A stretch of DNA of 64,000 nucleotides from Eledone cirrhosa. Taxonomy: Eukaryota. The stretch's first letter is position 1; every line of letters starts with the position of its first letter. This document shows, in pieces, positions 1-13,289 of this stretch. The notes beneath the pieces are model-generated. The model did no database searches, was not told the DNA's origin, and saw only the letters and a list, made by a program, of their open reading frames with translations. Both the position numbers and the translations under genes were made by a program. The DNA is taken from NCBI GenBank assembly GCA_964016885.1, contig OZ024740.1, positions 428,854,001 through 428,918,000 of the forward strand, read 5' to 3'.

Positions 1-3000
1 GGTGAATACAGTCCCTCCAGTTGTCATGGCGATGTTGGCGCTCAATATAGGTGAATACAGTCCCTCCAGTTGTCATGGCGATGTTGGCGCTCAATATAGG
101 TGAATACAGTCCCTCCAGTTGTCATGACGATGTTGTTGCTCAATATAGGTGAATACAGTCCCTCCAGTTGTCATGACGATGTTGTTGCTCAATATAGGTG
201 AATACAGTCCCTCCAGTTGTCATGGCGATGTTGGCGCTCAATATAGGTGAATACAGTCCCTCCAGTTGTCATGGCGATGTTGGCGCTCAATATAGGTGAA
301 TACAGTCGCTCCAGTTGTCATGGCGATGTTGGCGCTCAATATAGGTGAATACAGTCCCTCCAGTTGTCATGGCGATGTTGGCGCTCAATATAGGTGAATA
401 CAGTCCCTCCAGTTGTCATGGCGATGTTGACGTTCAATATAGGTGAATACAGTCCCTCCAGTTGTCATGGCGATGTTGACGTTCAATATAGGTGAATACA
501 GTCCCTCCAGTTGTCATGACGATGTTGACGTTCAATATAGGTGAATACAGTCCCTCCAGTTGTCATGACGATGTTGACGTTCAATATAGGTGAATACAGT
601 CCCTCCAGTTGTCATGGCGATGTTGACGTTCAATATAGGTGAATACAGTCCCTCCAGTTGTCATGGCGATGTTGACGTTCAATATAGGTGAATACAGTCC
701 CTCCAGTTGTCATGGCGATGTTGACGTTCAATATAGGTGAATACAGTCCCTCCAGTTGTCATGGCGATGTTGTTGCTCAATATAGGTGAATCCAGTCCCT
801 CCAGTTGTCATGACGATGTTGTTGCTCAATATAGGTGAATACAGTCCCTCCAGTTGTCATGACGATGTTGTTGCTCAATATAGGTGAATACAGTCCCTCC
901 AGTTGTCATGGCGATGTTGACCTTCAATATAGGTGAATACAGTCCCTCCAGTTGTCATGGCGATGTTGACGTTCAATATAGGTGAATACAGTCCCTCCAG
1001 TTGTCATGGCGATGTTGACGTTCAATATAGGTGAATACAGTCCCTCCAGTTGTCATGGCGATGTTGACGTTCAATATAGGTGAATACAGTCCCTCCAGTT
1101 GTCATGACGATGTTGACGTTCAATATAGGTGAATACAGTCCCTCCAATTGTCATGGCGATGTTGACGTTCAATATAGGTGAATACAGTCCCTCCAGTTGT
1201 CATGGCGATGTTGTTGCTCAATATAGGTGAATACAGTCCCTCCAGTTGTCATGACGATGTTGTTGCTCAATATAGGTGAATACAGTCCCTCCAGTTGTCA
1301 TGGCGATGTTGACGTTCAATATAGGTGAATACAGTCCCTCCAGTTGTCATGGCGATGTTGACGTTCAATATAGGTGAATACAGTCCCTCCAGTTGTCATG
1401 GCGATGTTGTTGCTCAATATAGGTGAATACAGTCCCTCCAGTTGTCATGACGATGTTGTTGCTCAATATAGGTGAATACAGTCCCTCCAGTTGTCATGAC
1501 GATGTTGTTGCTTAATATAGGTGAATACAGTCCCTCCAGTTGTCATGAGGATGTTGACGTTCAATATAGGTGAATACAGTCCCTCCAGTTGTCATGACGA
1601 TGTTGACGTTCAATATAGGTGAATACAGTCCCTCCAGTTGTCATGACGATGTTGACGTTCAATATAGGTGAATACAGTCCCTCCAGTTGTCATGGCGATG
1701 TTGACGTTCAATATAGGTGAATACAGGCCCTCCAGTTGTCATGGCGATGTTGACGTTCAATATAGGTGAATACAGTCCCGCCAGTTGTCATGACGATGTT
1801 GACGTTCAATATAGGTGAATACAGTCCCTCCAGTTGTCATGACGATGTTGACGTTCAATATAGGTGAATACAGTCCCTCCAGTTGTCATGACGATGTTGA
1901 CGTTCAATATAGGTGTATACAGTCCCTCCAGTTGTCATGACGATGTTGACGTTCAATATAGGTGAATACAGTCCCTCCAGTTGTCATGACGATGTTGACG
2001 TTCAATATAGGTGAATACAGTCCCGCCAGTTGTCATGACGATGTTGACGTTCAATATAGGTGAATACAGTCCCTCCAGTTGTCATGACGATGTTGACGTT
2101 CAATATAGGTGAATACAGTCCCTCCAGTTGTCATGACGATGTTGTTGCTCAATATAGGTGAATACAGTCCCTCCAGTTGTCATGGCGATGTTGACGTTCA
2201 ATATAGGTGAATACAGTCCCTAGAGTTGTCATGGCGATGTTGTTGCTCAATATAGGTGAATACAGTCCCTCCAGTTGTCATGACGATGTTGACGTTCAAT
2301 ATAGGTGAATACAGTCCCCCCAGTTGTCATGGCGATGTTGTTGCTCAATATACGTGAATACAGTCCCTCCAGTTGTCATGGCGATGTTGACGTTCAATAT
2401 AGGTGAATACAGTCCCTCCAGTTGTCATGGCGATGTTGACGCTCAATATAGGTGAATACAGTATCTCCAGTTGTCATGACGATGTTGACGCTCAATATAG
2501 GTGAATACAGTCCCTCCAGTTGTCATGGCGAAGTTGACGTTCAATATAGGTGAATACAGTCCCTCCAGTTGTCATGACGATGTTGTTGCTCAATATAGGT
2601 GAATACAGTCCCTCCAGTTGTCATGACGATGTTGACGTTCAATATAGGTGAATACAGTCCCTCCAGTTGTCATGACGATGTTGTTGCTCAATATAGGTGA
2701 ATACAGTCCCTCCAGTTGTCATGACGATGTTGTTGCTCAATATAGGTGAATACAGTCCCTCCAGTTGTCATGACGATGTTGTGGCTCAATATAGGTGAAT
2801 ACAGTCCCTCCAGTTGTCATGACGATGTTGTTGCTCAATATAGGTGAATACAGTCAATCCAGTTGTCATGACGATGTTGACGCTCAATATAGGTGAATAC
2901 ACTCCCTCCAGTTGTCATGACGATGTTGACGTTCAATGTAGGTGAATACAGTCCCTCCAGTTGTCATGACGATGTTGTTGCTCAATATAGGTGAATACAG

Positions 3001-6000
3001 TCCCTCCAGTTGTCATGACGATGTTGTTCCTCAATATAGGTGAATACAGTCCCTCCAGTTGTCATGACGATGTTGTTCCTCAATATAGGTGAATACAGTC
3101 CCTCCAGTTGTCATGACGATGTTGTTCCTCAACATAGGTGAATACAGTCCCTCCAGTTGTCATGACGATGTTGACGCTCAATATAGGTGAATACAGTCCC
3201 TCCAGTTGTTATGACGATGTTGTTGCTCAATATAGGTGAATACAGTCCCTCCAGTTGTCATGACGATGTTGACGTTCAATATAGGTGAATACAGTCCCCC
3301 CAGTTGTTATGACGATGTTGTTGCTCAATATAGGTGAATACAGTCCCTCCAGTTGTCATGACGATGTTGTTCCTCAATATAGGTGAATACAGTCCCTCTA
3401 GTTGTTATGACGATGTTGTTCCTCAATATAGGTGAATACAGTCCCTCCAGTTGTCATGACGATGTTGTTCCTCAATATAGGTGAATACAGTCCCTCCAGT
3501 TGTCATGACGATGTTGACGTTCAATATAGGTGAATACAGTCCCTCCAGTTGTCATGACGATGTTGTTGGTCAATATAGGTGAATACAGTCCCTCCAGTTG
3601 TTATGACGATGTTGTTCCTCAATATAGGTGAATACAGTCCCTCCAGTTGTCATGACGATGTTGACGTTCAATATAGGTGAATACAGTCCCTCCAGTTGTC
3701 ATGACGATGTTGTTGCTCAATATAGGTGAATACAGTCCCTCCAGTTGTTATGACGATGTTGTTCCTCAATATAGGTGAATACAGTCCCTCCAGTTGTTAT
3801 GACGATGTTGTTGCTCAATATAGGTGAATACAGTCCCTCCAGTTGTTATGACGATGTTGTTCCTCAATATAGGTGAATACAGTCCCTCCAGTTGTTATGA
3901 CGATGTTGTTGCTCAATATAGATGAATACAGTCCCTCCAGTTGTCATGACGATGTTGTTCCTCAATATAGGTGAATACAGTCCCTCCAGTTGTCATGACG
4001 ATGTTGTTCCTCAATATAGGTGAATACAGTCCCTCCAGTTGTCATGACGATGTTGACGCTCAATATAGGTGAATACAGTCCCTCCAGTTGTCATGACGAT
4101 GTTGTTGCTCAATATAGGTGAATACAGTCCCTCCAGTTGTCATGACGATGTTGTTGCTCAATATAGGTGAATACAGTCCCTCCAGTTGTTATGACGATGT
4201 TGTTGCTCAATATAGGTGAATACACTCCCTCCAGTTGTCATGACGATGTTGACGTTCAATGTAGGTGAATACAGTCCCTCCAGTTGTCATGACGATGTTG
4301 TTGCTCAATATAGGTGAATACAGTCCCTCCAGTTGTCATGACGATGTTGTTGCTCAATATAGGTGAATACAGTCCCTCCAGTTGTTATGACGATGTTGTT
4401 CCTCAATATAGGTGAATACAGTCCCTCCAGTTGTCATGACGATGTTGTTCCTCAATATAGGTGAATACAGTCCCTCCAGTTGTCATGACGATGTTGACGT
4501 TCAATATAGGTGAATACAGTCCCTCCAGTTGTCATGACGATGTTGTTCCTCAATATAGGTGAATACAGTCCCTCCAGTTGTCATGACGATGTTGACGTTC
4601 AATATAGGTGAATACAGTCCCTCTAGTTGTCATGACGATGTTGTTGCTCAATATAGGTGAATACAGTCCCTCCAGTTGTCATGACGATGTTGTTGCTCAA
4701 TATAGGTGAATACAGTCCCTCCATTTGTTATGACGATGTTGTTCCTCAATATAGATGAATACACTCCCTCCAGTTGTCATGACGATGTTGTTCCTCAATA
4801 TAGGTGAATACAGTCCCTCCAGTTGTCATGACGATGTTGACGTTCAATATAGGTGAATACAGTCCCTCCAGTTGTCATGACGATGTTGTTGCTCAATATA
4901 GGTGAATACAGTCCCTCCAGTTGTCATGACGATGTTGTTGCTCAATATAGGTGAATACAGTCCCTCCAGTTGTTATGACGATGTTGTTCCTCAATATAGG
5001 TGAATACAGTCCCTCCAGTTGTCATGACGATGTTGTTCCTCAATATAGGTGAATACAGTCCCTCCAGTTGTCATGACGATGTTGTTGCTCAATATAGGTT
5101 AATACAGTCCCTCCAGTTGTCATGACGATGTTGTTGCTCAATATAGGTGAATACAGTCCCTCCAGTTGTTATGACGATGTTGTTCCTCAATATAGGTGAA
5201 TACAGTCCCTCCAGTTGTCATGACGATGTTGTTGCTCAATATAGGTGAATACAGTCCCTCCAGTTGTCATGACGATGTTGTTGCTCAATATAGGTGAATA
5301 CTGTCCCTCAAGTTGTCATGACGATGTTGTTGCTCAATATAGGTGAATACAGTCCCTCCAGTTGTCATGACGATGTTGTTGCTCAATATAGGTGAATACA
5401 GTCCCTCCAGTTGTTATGACGATGTTGTTCCTCAATATAGGTGAATACAGTCCCTCCAGTTGTTATGACGATGTTGTTGCTCAATATAGGTGAATACAGT
5501 CCCTCCAGTTGTCATGACGATGTTGTTGCTCAATATAGGTGAATACAGTCCCTCCAGTTGTCATGACGATGTTGTTGCTCAATATAGGTGAATACAGTCC
5601 CTCCAGTTGTTATGACGATGTTGTTGCTCAATATAGGTGAATACAGTCCCTCCAGTTGTCATGACGATGTTGTTCCTCAATATAGGTGAATACAGTCCCT
5701 CCAGTTGTCATGACGATGTTGACGTTCAATATAGGTGAATACAGTCCCTCCAGTTGTCATGAGGATGTTGTTGCTCAATATAGGTGAATACAGTCCCTCC
5801 AGTTGTCATGACGATGTTGTGGCTCAATATAGGTGAATACAGTCCCTCCAGTTGTCATGACGATGTTGACGTTCAATATAGGTGAATACAGTCCCTCCAG
5901 TTGTCATGACGATGTTGTTCCTCAATATAGGTGAATACAGTCCCTCCAGTTGTCATGCCGATGTTGTTCCTCAATATAGGTGAATACAGTCCCTCCAGTT

Positions 6001-9000
6001 GTCATGACGATGTTGACGTTCAATATAGGTGAATACAGTCCCTCCAGTTGTCATGACGATGTTGTTGCTCAATATAGGTGAATACAGTCCCTCCAGTTGT
6101 CATGACGATGTTGTTGCTCAATATAGGTGAATACAGTCCCTCCAGTTGTCATGACGATGTTGTTGCTCAATATAGGTGAATACAGTCCCTCCAGTTGTCA
6201 TGACGATGTTGTTCCTCAATATAGGTGAATACAGTCCCTCCAGTTGTCATGACGATGTTGACGTTCAATATAGGTGAATACAGTCCCTCCAGTTGTCATG
6301 ACGATGTTGTTGCTCAATATAGGTGAATACAGTCCCTCCAGTTGTCATGACGATGTTGTTGCTCAATATAGGTGAATACAGTCCCTCCAGTTTTTATGAC
6401 GATGTTGTTCCTCAATATAGGTGAATACAGTCCCTCCAGTTGTCATGACGATGTTGTTGCTCAACATAGGTGAATACAGTCCCTCCAGTTGTCATGACGA
6501 TGTTGTTGCTCAATATAGGTGAATACAGTCCCTCCAGTTGTCATGACGATGTTGTTGCTCAATATAGGTGAATACAGTCCCTCCAGTTGTCATGACGATG
6601 TTGTTGCTCAATATAGGTGAATACAGTCCCTCCAGTTGTCATGACGATGTTGTTCCTCAATATAGGTGAATAGAGTCCCTCCAGTTGTTATGACGATGTT
6701 GTTGCTCAATATAGGTGAATACAGTCCCTCCAGTTGTCATGACGATGTTGTTGCTCAATATAGGTGAATACAGTCCCTCCAGTTGTCATGACGATGTTGT
6801 TCCTCAATATAGGTGAATACAGTCCCTCCAGTTGTTATGACGATGTTGTTGCTCAATATAGGTGAATACAGTCCCTCCAGTTGTTATGACGATGTTGTTC
6901 CTCAATATAGGTGAATACAGTCCCTCCAGTTGTCATGACGATGTTGTTCCTCAATATAGGTGAATACAGTCCCTCCAGTTGTCATGACGATGTTGTTCCT
7001 CAATATAGGTGAATACAGTCCCTCCAGTTGTCATGACGATGTAGTTGCTCAATATAGGTGAATACAGTCCCTCCAGTTGTTATGACGATGTTGTTCCTCA
7101 ATATAGGTGAATACAGTCCCTCCAGTTGTCATGACGATGTTGTTCCTCAATATAGGTGAATACAGTCCCTCCAGTTGTCATGACGATGTTGTTGCTCAAT
7201 ATAGGTGAATACAGTCCCTCCAGTTGTCATGACGATGTTGTTCCTCAATATAGGTGAATACAGTCCCTCCAGTTGTCATGACGATGTTGTTCCTCAATAT
7301 AGGTGAATACAGTCCCTCCAGTTGTCATGACGATGTTGTTGCTCAATATAGGTGAATACAGTCCCTCCAGTTGTCATGACGATGTTGTTCCTCAATATAG
7401 GTGAATACAGTCCCTCCAGTTGTCATGACGATGTTGTTCCTCAATATAGGTGAATACAGTCCCTCCAGTTGTCATGGCGATGTTGGCGCTCAGTATAGGT
7501 GAATACAGTCCCTCCAGTTGTCATGACGATGTTGACGTTCAATATAGGTGAATACAGTCCCTCCAGTTGTCATGACGATGTTGTTCCTCAATATAGGTGA
7601 ATACAGTCCCTCCAGTTGTTATGACGATGTTGTTGCTCAATATAGGTGAATACAGTCCCTCCAGTTGTCATGGCGATGTTGACGTTCAATATAGGTGAAT
7701 ACAGTCCCTCCAGTTGTTATGACGATGTTGACGCTCAATATAGGTGAATACAGTCCCTCCAGTTGTCATGACGATGTTGACGCTCAATATAGGTGAATAC
7801 AGTCCCTACAGTTGTCATGACGATGTTGACGTTCAATATAGGTGAATACAGTCCCTCCAGTTGTCATGACGATGTTGACGTTCAATATAGGTGAATACAG
7901 TCCCTCCAGTTGTCATGACGATGTTGTTGCTCAATATAGGTGAATACAGTCCCTCCAGTTGTCATGACGATGTTGACGTTCAATATAGGTGAATACAGTC
8001 CCCCCAGTTGTCATGACGATGTTGACGCTCAATATAGGTGAATACAGTCCCTCCAGTTGTCATGACGATGTTGACGTTCAATATAGGTGAATACAGTCCC
8101 TCCAGTTGTCATGACGATGTTGTTGCTCAATATAGGTGAATACAGTCCCTCCAGTTGTCATGACGATGTTGACGCTCAATATAGGTGAATACAGTCCCTC
8201 CAGTTGTCATGACGATGTTGACGTTCAATATAGGTGAATATAGTTCCCCCAGTTGTCATGACGATGTTGACGTTCAATATAGGTGAATACAGTCCCTCCA
8301 GTTGTCATGACGATGTTGTTGCTCAATATAGGTGAATACAGTCCCTCCAGTTGTCATGACGATGTTGACGTTCAATATAGGTGAATACAGTTCCTCCAGT
8401 TGTCATGACGATGTTGACGTTCAATATAGGTGAATACAGTCCATCCAGTTGTCATGACGATGTTGTTGCTCAATATAGGTGAATACAGTCCCTCCAGTTG
8501 TCATGACGATGTTGTTGCTCAATATAGGTGAATACAGTCCCTCCAGTTGTCATGACGATGTTGTTGCTCAATATAGGTGAATACAGTCCCTCCAGTTGTC
8601 ATGACGATGTTGACGTTCAATATAGGTGAATACAGTCACTCCAGTTGTCATGGCGATGTTGACGTTCAATATAGGTGAATACAGTCCATCCAGTTGTCAT
8701 GACGATGTTGACGTTCAATATAGTTGAATACAGTCCCTCCAGTTGTCATGACGATGTTGACGTTCAATATAGGTGAATACAGTCACTCCAGTTGTCATGG
8801 CGATGTTGACGCTCAATATAGGTGAATACAGTCCATCCTGTTGTCATGACGATGTTGACGTTCAATATAGGTGAATACAGTCCCTCCAGTTGTTATGACG
8901 ATGTTGACGCTCAATATAGGTGAATACAGTCCCTCCAGTTGTGATGGCGATGTTGGCGCTCAATATAGGTGAATACAGTCCCTCCAGTTGTCATGGCGAT

Positions 9001-10360
9001 GTTGACGTTCAATATAGGTGAATACAGTCCCTCCAGTTGTCATGGCGATGATGACGTTCAATATAGGTGAATACAGTCCCTCCAGTTGTCATGACGATGT
9101 TGACGCTCAATATAGGTGAATACAGTCCCTCCAGTTGTCATGACGATGTTGACGCTCAATATAGGTGAATACAGTCCCTCCAGTTGTCATGGCGATTTTG
9201 ACGTTCAATATAGGTGAATACAGTCCATCCAGTTGTCATGACGATGTTGACGTTCAATATAGGTGAATACAGTCCCTCCAGTTGTCGTGACGATGTTGAC
9301 GTTCAATATAGGTGAATACAGTCCCTCCAGTTGTCATGACGATGTTGACGCTCAATATAGGTGAATACAGTCCCTCCAGTTGTCATGGCGATGTTGTTGC
9401 TCAATATAGGTGAATACAGTCCCTCCAGTTGTCATGGCGATGTTGACGTTCAATATAGGTGAATACAGTCCCTCCAGTTGTCATGACGATGTTGTTGCTC
9501 AATATAGGTGAATACAGTCCCTCCAGTTGTCATGACGATGTTGACGTTCAATATAGGTGAATACAGTCCCTCCAGTTGTCATGACGATGTTGACGCTCAA
9601 TATAGGTGAATACAGTCCCTCCAGTTGTCATGGCGATGTTGACGCTCAATATAGGTGAATACAGTCCCTCCAGTTGTCATGGCGATGTTGACGTTCAATA
9701 TAGGTGTATACAGTCCCTTCAGTTGTCATGACGATGTTGTTGCTCAATATAGGTGAATACAGTCCCTCCAGTTGTCATGACGATGTTGTTGCTCAATATA
9801 GGTGAATACAGTCCCTCCAGTTGTCATGGCGATGTTGGCGCTCAATATAGGTGAATACAGTCCCTCCAGTTGTCATGGCGATGTTGACGCTCAATATAGG
9901 TGAATACAGTCCCTCCAGTTGTCATGGCGATGTTGACGTTCAATATAGGTGTATACAGTCCCTTCAGTTGTCATGACGATGTTGTTGCTCAATATAGGTG
10001 AATACAGTCCCTTCATTTGTTATGACGATGTTGTTGCTCAATATAGGTGAATACAGTCCCTCCAGTTGTTATGACGATGTTGTTGCTCAATATAGGTGAA
10101 TACAGTCCCTCCAATTGTTATGACGATGTTGTTGCTCAATATAGGTGAATACAGTCCCTCCAGTTGTTATGACGATGTTGACGCTCAATATAGGTGAATA
10201 CAGTCCCTCCAGTTGTGATGACGATGTTGGCGCCTAATATAGGTGAATACAGTCCCTCCAGTTGTCATGGCGATGTTGACGCTCAATATAGGTGAATACA
10301 GTCCCTCCAGTTGTCATGACGGTGTTGACGTTCAATATAGGTGAATACAGTCCCTCCAGT
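1..10360. repeat. 49-bp tandem satellite array (~211 copies), runs off the left edge
   Basis: Monomer GGTGAATACAGTCCCTCCAGTTGTCATGRCGATGTTG(NNNN)TCAATATA in head-to-tail repeats. Variation is concentrated in a few positions (ACGT/ACGC/GCGC/TTGC/TTCC cassette, G/A at 29, C/T at 25). Ends abruptly at ...TCCCTCCAGT 10360. Confidence 0.98.
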
Positions 10361-10369
10361 AACACTATG

Positions 10370-10440
10370 GAGCCGCGTGGCCAAGTAGTAATTACGTTAG
10401 TCATACAATCTTAATGTCGAGAGTTCGATTCCTTCTCTGG
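10370..10440 (+). mobile_element. tRNA-derived SINE head (Pol III A/B boxes) abutting the satellite
   Basis: A-box-like TGGCCAAGTAG (10378-10388) and B-box GAGTTCGATTCC (10421-10432). No intact cloverleaf. Similar in layout to the SINE head at 11612. Confidence 0.6.
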
Positions 10441-10479
10441 AGGGAATGACAAAGAGAGAGGTGGTGAAAAACTGACCCT

Positions 10480-10620
10480 TGTACTTGAGTGGAAATATAT
10501 TAATCAACGGAGAAAAAGATGAAAGATAAACTGAACACCATATGATTTGATATCAGAGCGCAGAAACAAATACCGCATGGCATTCTATCCGACACTCTAA
10601 TGACTCTGCCAATCTAACAC
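10480..10620 (-). mobile_element. Old degenerate SINE copy
   Basis: Diverged similarity to SINE family A in reverse (GATGAAAGATAAA...GATTTGA...CTCTGCCAATCT). Confidence 0.45.
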
Positions 10621-10660
10621 TTTATATTTGGGACTACATTGCTTCTAATTGTTCTTCATT

Positions 10661-10850
10661 GGGTGGTGAATTAGCAGTATCAGTAGAGGGTCGGACGCCA
10701 TGCTTTGACGCATAGAATTACGGCCCTTGCCATTCTGAGTTCAAATCCCGCCGAGGTTAACTTGCCTTTCATCCTTACGGAGTCGAAAAAATATAGACCG
10801 AGTAATGCACTGGGTAATTGCTGGCCTTGTGCCAAAAGAAGTAACAATTA
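10661..10850 (+). mobile_element. tRNA-derived SINE family A copy
   Basis: Head TTAGCAGTATCAG, B-box GAGTTCAAATCC, body GCCTTTCATCCTTACGG, tail GGCCTTGTGCCAAAAG. Eight copies in this window. Confidence 0.88.
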
Positions 10851-11013
10851 TTTAAGTGAGGTTGGTGTGATACACACACATATATATATGCTCTACATTA
10901 TGCCCGTTTTTTTTCTTTTTTCTTTTCACTTCATAAACCTTGTTTGTAAATAACATTATTCTTTCTGCACCTTCTCTTTAATATGTGCGACACCACACTA
11001 ATACATTTCACTA

Positions 11014-11052
11014 TTATTTGATAATGCATAAAAATGCTGAAACCGGTAATAG
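11014..11052 (+). ncRNA. Minimal type I hammerhead ribozyme candidate (U3-A8 core variant)
   Basis: ttat-TTGATAA-t-GCAT aaaa ATGC-t-GAAA-CCGG-TA-atag. Palindromic stem III ACCGGT, GUA triplet, weak 4-bp stem I. Confidence 0.55.
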
Positions 11053-11374
11053 ACAATTATTAAATATATAAATAGATAAATAAATGCCATTGTTAATTAA
11101 TAAATAAATCAACTAATACCTTAACACTTCACACAAAGTAAAACATTTCGTTTTAATCATTTTCTAACCCAGAAAAAAGAGAGAGAGAAACAAAAAAGGA
11201 AAAAAATATATTTTTCTTCCTAATAATCGTCTCTTTCTCCCTGTTTTCATATATATATATATATATATATACACTTTCAGAAAGAATATCGAGGTTAGAT
11301 ATCTCATTTTTTAATAGCATATTTTTTAATTTATTCTATTTTGAAAATATAAACATCATATATAAGTAATATAT

Positions 11375-11565
11375 ATAATTGTTTCTATTTTTAGGCACAA
11401 GGCCAGCAATTTCCCAGTACATTACTGGTACTTTATTTTATCGACCCCGTAAGGATGAAAGGCAAAATTAACCTCGGCGGGATTTGAACTCAGATCATAA
11501 AGGGACGTAACTCTATGCTTCAAAGCATAGTGTCCGACTCTCTATCGATACTGCCAATCCACCGT
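11375..11565 (-). mobile_element. SINE family A copy with 15-bp target-site duplication
   Basis: Reverse complement of family A, flanked by AGTAATATATATAAT at 11365-11379 and 11569-11583. Confidence 0.9.
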
Positions 11566-11611
11566 GTTAGTAATATATATAATGAATAATGAATAATATA
11601 TAATAGACAAT

Positions 11612-11885
11612 GAGGAGGTATGTGGCCTAGTGGTAACGGCATTGGACTTACGATCATAATTTGGTGGGTTCGATTCCTTCACTGGGTTGTGTCTTGTATT
11701 CTTGAGCAATACATTTCATTTCACGTTTCTCCAGTATACTCAGCTGAAAATGAGTACCAACAATAGCTGGGAGTTTAACCCTGTGTTTGACTGGTGTCCT
11801 GTCCCGGTGGGAGGGGTCTTCTACTCTCAGTTGCCACAGAAACCGGGATAAACACCAACCTGGCGAGCCTCCGAGGAACTCAGGA
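11612..11885 (+). mobile_element. tRNA-derived SINE family B (CORE-like central motif)
   Basis: A-box TGGCCTAGTGG, B-box GGTTCGATTCC, CORE-like CTTGAGCAATACATTTCA. The 3' part recurs inverted at 28638-28703. Confidence 0.75.
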
Positions 11886-12470
11886 GAGTCACCGGCCATC
11901 CAATAAAGTATTTATTTTCGTGAGCGAGAGACACCTAGTCTTCTTTAAGACATCCCTCAAGAAGGTCACTGATATAAAAGCTGTGACTTCGTTTGCATCG
12001 AATGATGCAGACCAGTTCTAATTTTGAGGCAAATGCATTCAATGTGCAAAGGCTTTCCTCACTTAAAAAGCTTCAGGCACATGCACCGCTTGATATGTGA
12101 CATTTATAACGATGAATGGTATTGCTGGCCACAGGCAAGTCCCTAGCAGGACTGAAAAGCTACATCCATGATGTATGTTTGTATGTATGTAGGTATGTCG
12201 GGTCACTCTTGAGTGCTACTGGTAACATGTAACCCAGTACAACCTGTCGCATGGTCTGGTCCTCGGCAACTAAACCGGCAACCCCACCAAGTTTACTTAG
12301 TGAGGAGGGTGATTTTGGACACCCTGCAAGACAAAAAACAAAACCTGACAAAGGGCGGAAGAACTCATAAGAGTTAACGGCCATCCAAAAGTGTGTAAAT
12401 ATGTATATGCACATGTACATATGTATGTATATGTATATGTGTATATACATGGGTGCATGTGTATGTATAT

Positions 12471-13010
12471 GCACGGGGACATAGAAATAGTCGGGCTGGA
12501 CGCCCGATCGCGCGGTTAAACCACTGGGAGTGAAGGACCCCTAGCCTTTGTCAGGGCATTCTTCTAGGAGAAGGCAACTCAGGAAACTGGGATAACTCCG
12601 ATATAAAACCTGCGGCTCAGTAATTACCGATGATGTTGATCTTTTCTTCTTTTCGAGTTATAGTTACTGTCGCTCAGAGAGTGGGATTGGCTCAGTGCAC
12701 AGTCTTTCCTCACTTTAAAAAATATCTTCACGCACAAGCATTGCACAATAGAATTAATTAATAATTATTAATAATTGTTTCTACTTTTGGTACAAGGCCA
12801 GCAATTACCCCAGTGCATTAGTGGTACTTTATTTTATCCATCCCGTAAGGAGGAAAAGCAAAGTTAACCTCGGCGGGATTTGAACTCAGTCCGTAAAGGG
12901 ACGTAACTGTGCTACAAAGCATGGCGTCCGACCCTCTACCGATACTGCCATTCCAATAATGGTATATCGTGCAATTTCCATACTCGATAACGAGGGGGCA
13001 GCCATCATCA
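12471..13010 (+). mobile_element. Non-autonomous interspersed repeat family C (probably RTE-related), interrupted by SINE A
   Basis: Highly similar second copy at 30543-30890. Contains CTAGGAGAAGGCAACTC, reminiscent of RTE 5' UTRs. Ends in (ATGT)n. Confidence 0.75.
12770..12960 (-). mobile_element. SINE family A copy nested in family C element
   Basis: Absent from the 30.5-kb copy. AATAAT on both sides (12770-12775, 12955-12960). Confidence 0.88.
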
Positions 13011-13137
13011 TGTATGTATGTATGTACGTACGTAGTATGTATGTATAGATAGATAGATAGATGGAAGAACGGATGGATAGTTGGATGGATGGATATATGT
13101 ATGTATGCGTGTATGTATATATACATATATATATATA

Positions 13138-13170
<33 letters not shown>

Positions 13171-13289
13171 GTGTACCCTATACGCATGCCTTACGAATTA
13201 AATAAAACTCACTTGAATGAAAACAGTAAGGTCTGCCTCGATGGTTGAAAACCTTTTGCTCCTATTTAAATTAGATAATTAGCCCAGCT

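Noticed and set aside
1-10360. CRISPR array
   Set aside because: No unique spacers, no cas genes, eukaryotic context. The same applies to the 42-bp array despite its CTGTC/GACAG hairpin.
10370-11690. tRNA genes at 10370 and 11612
   Set aside because: A/B boxes are present, but acceptor and anticodon stems do not pair. These are SINE heads.
13213-13261. Possible 49-nt minus-strand exon (AG...GTGAGT)
   Set aside because: Good donor but weak acceptor, no recognisable protein and no partner exons. Needs RNA-seq.
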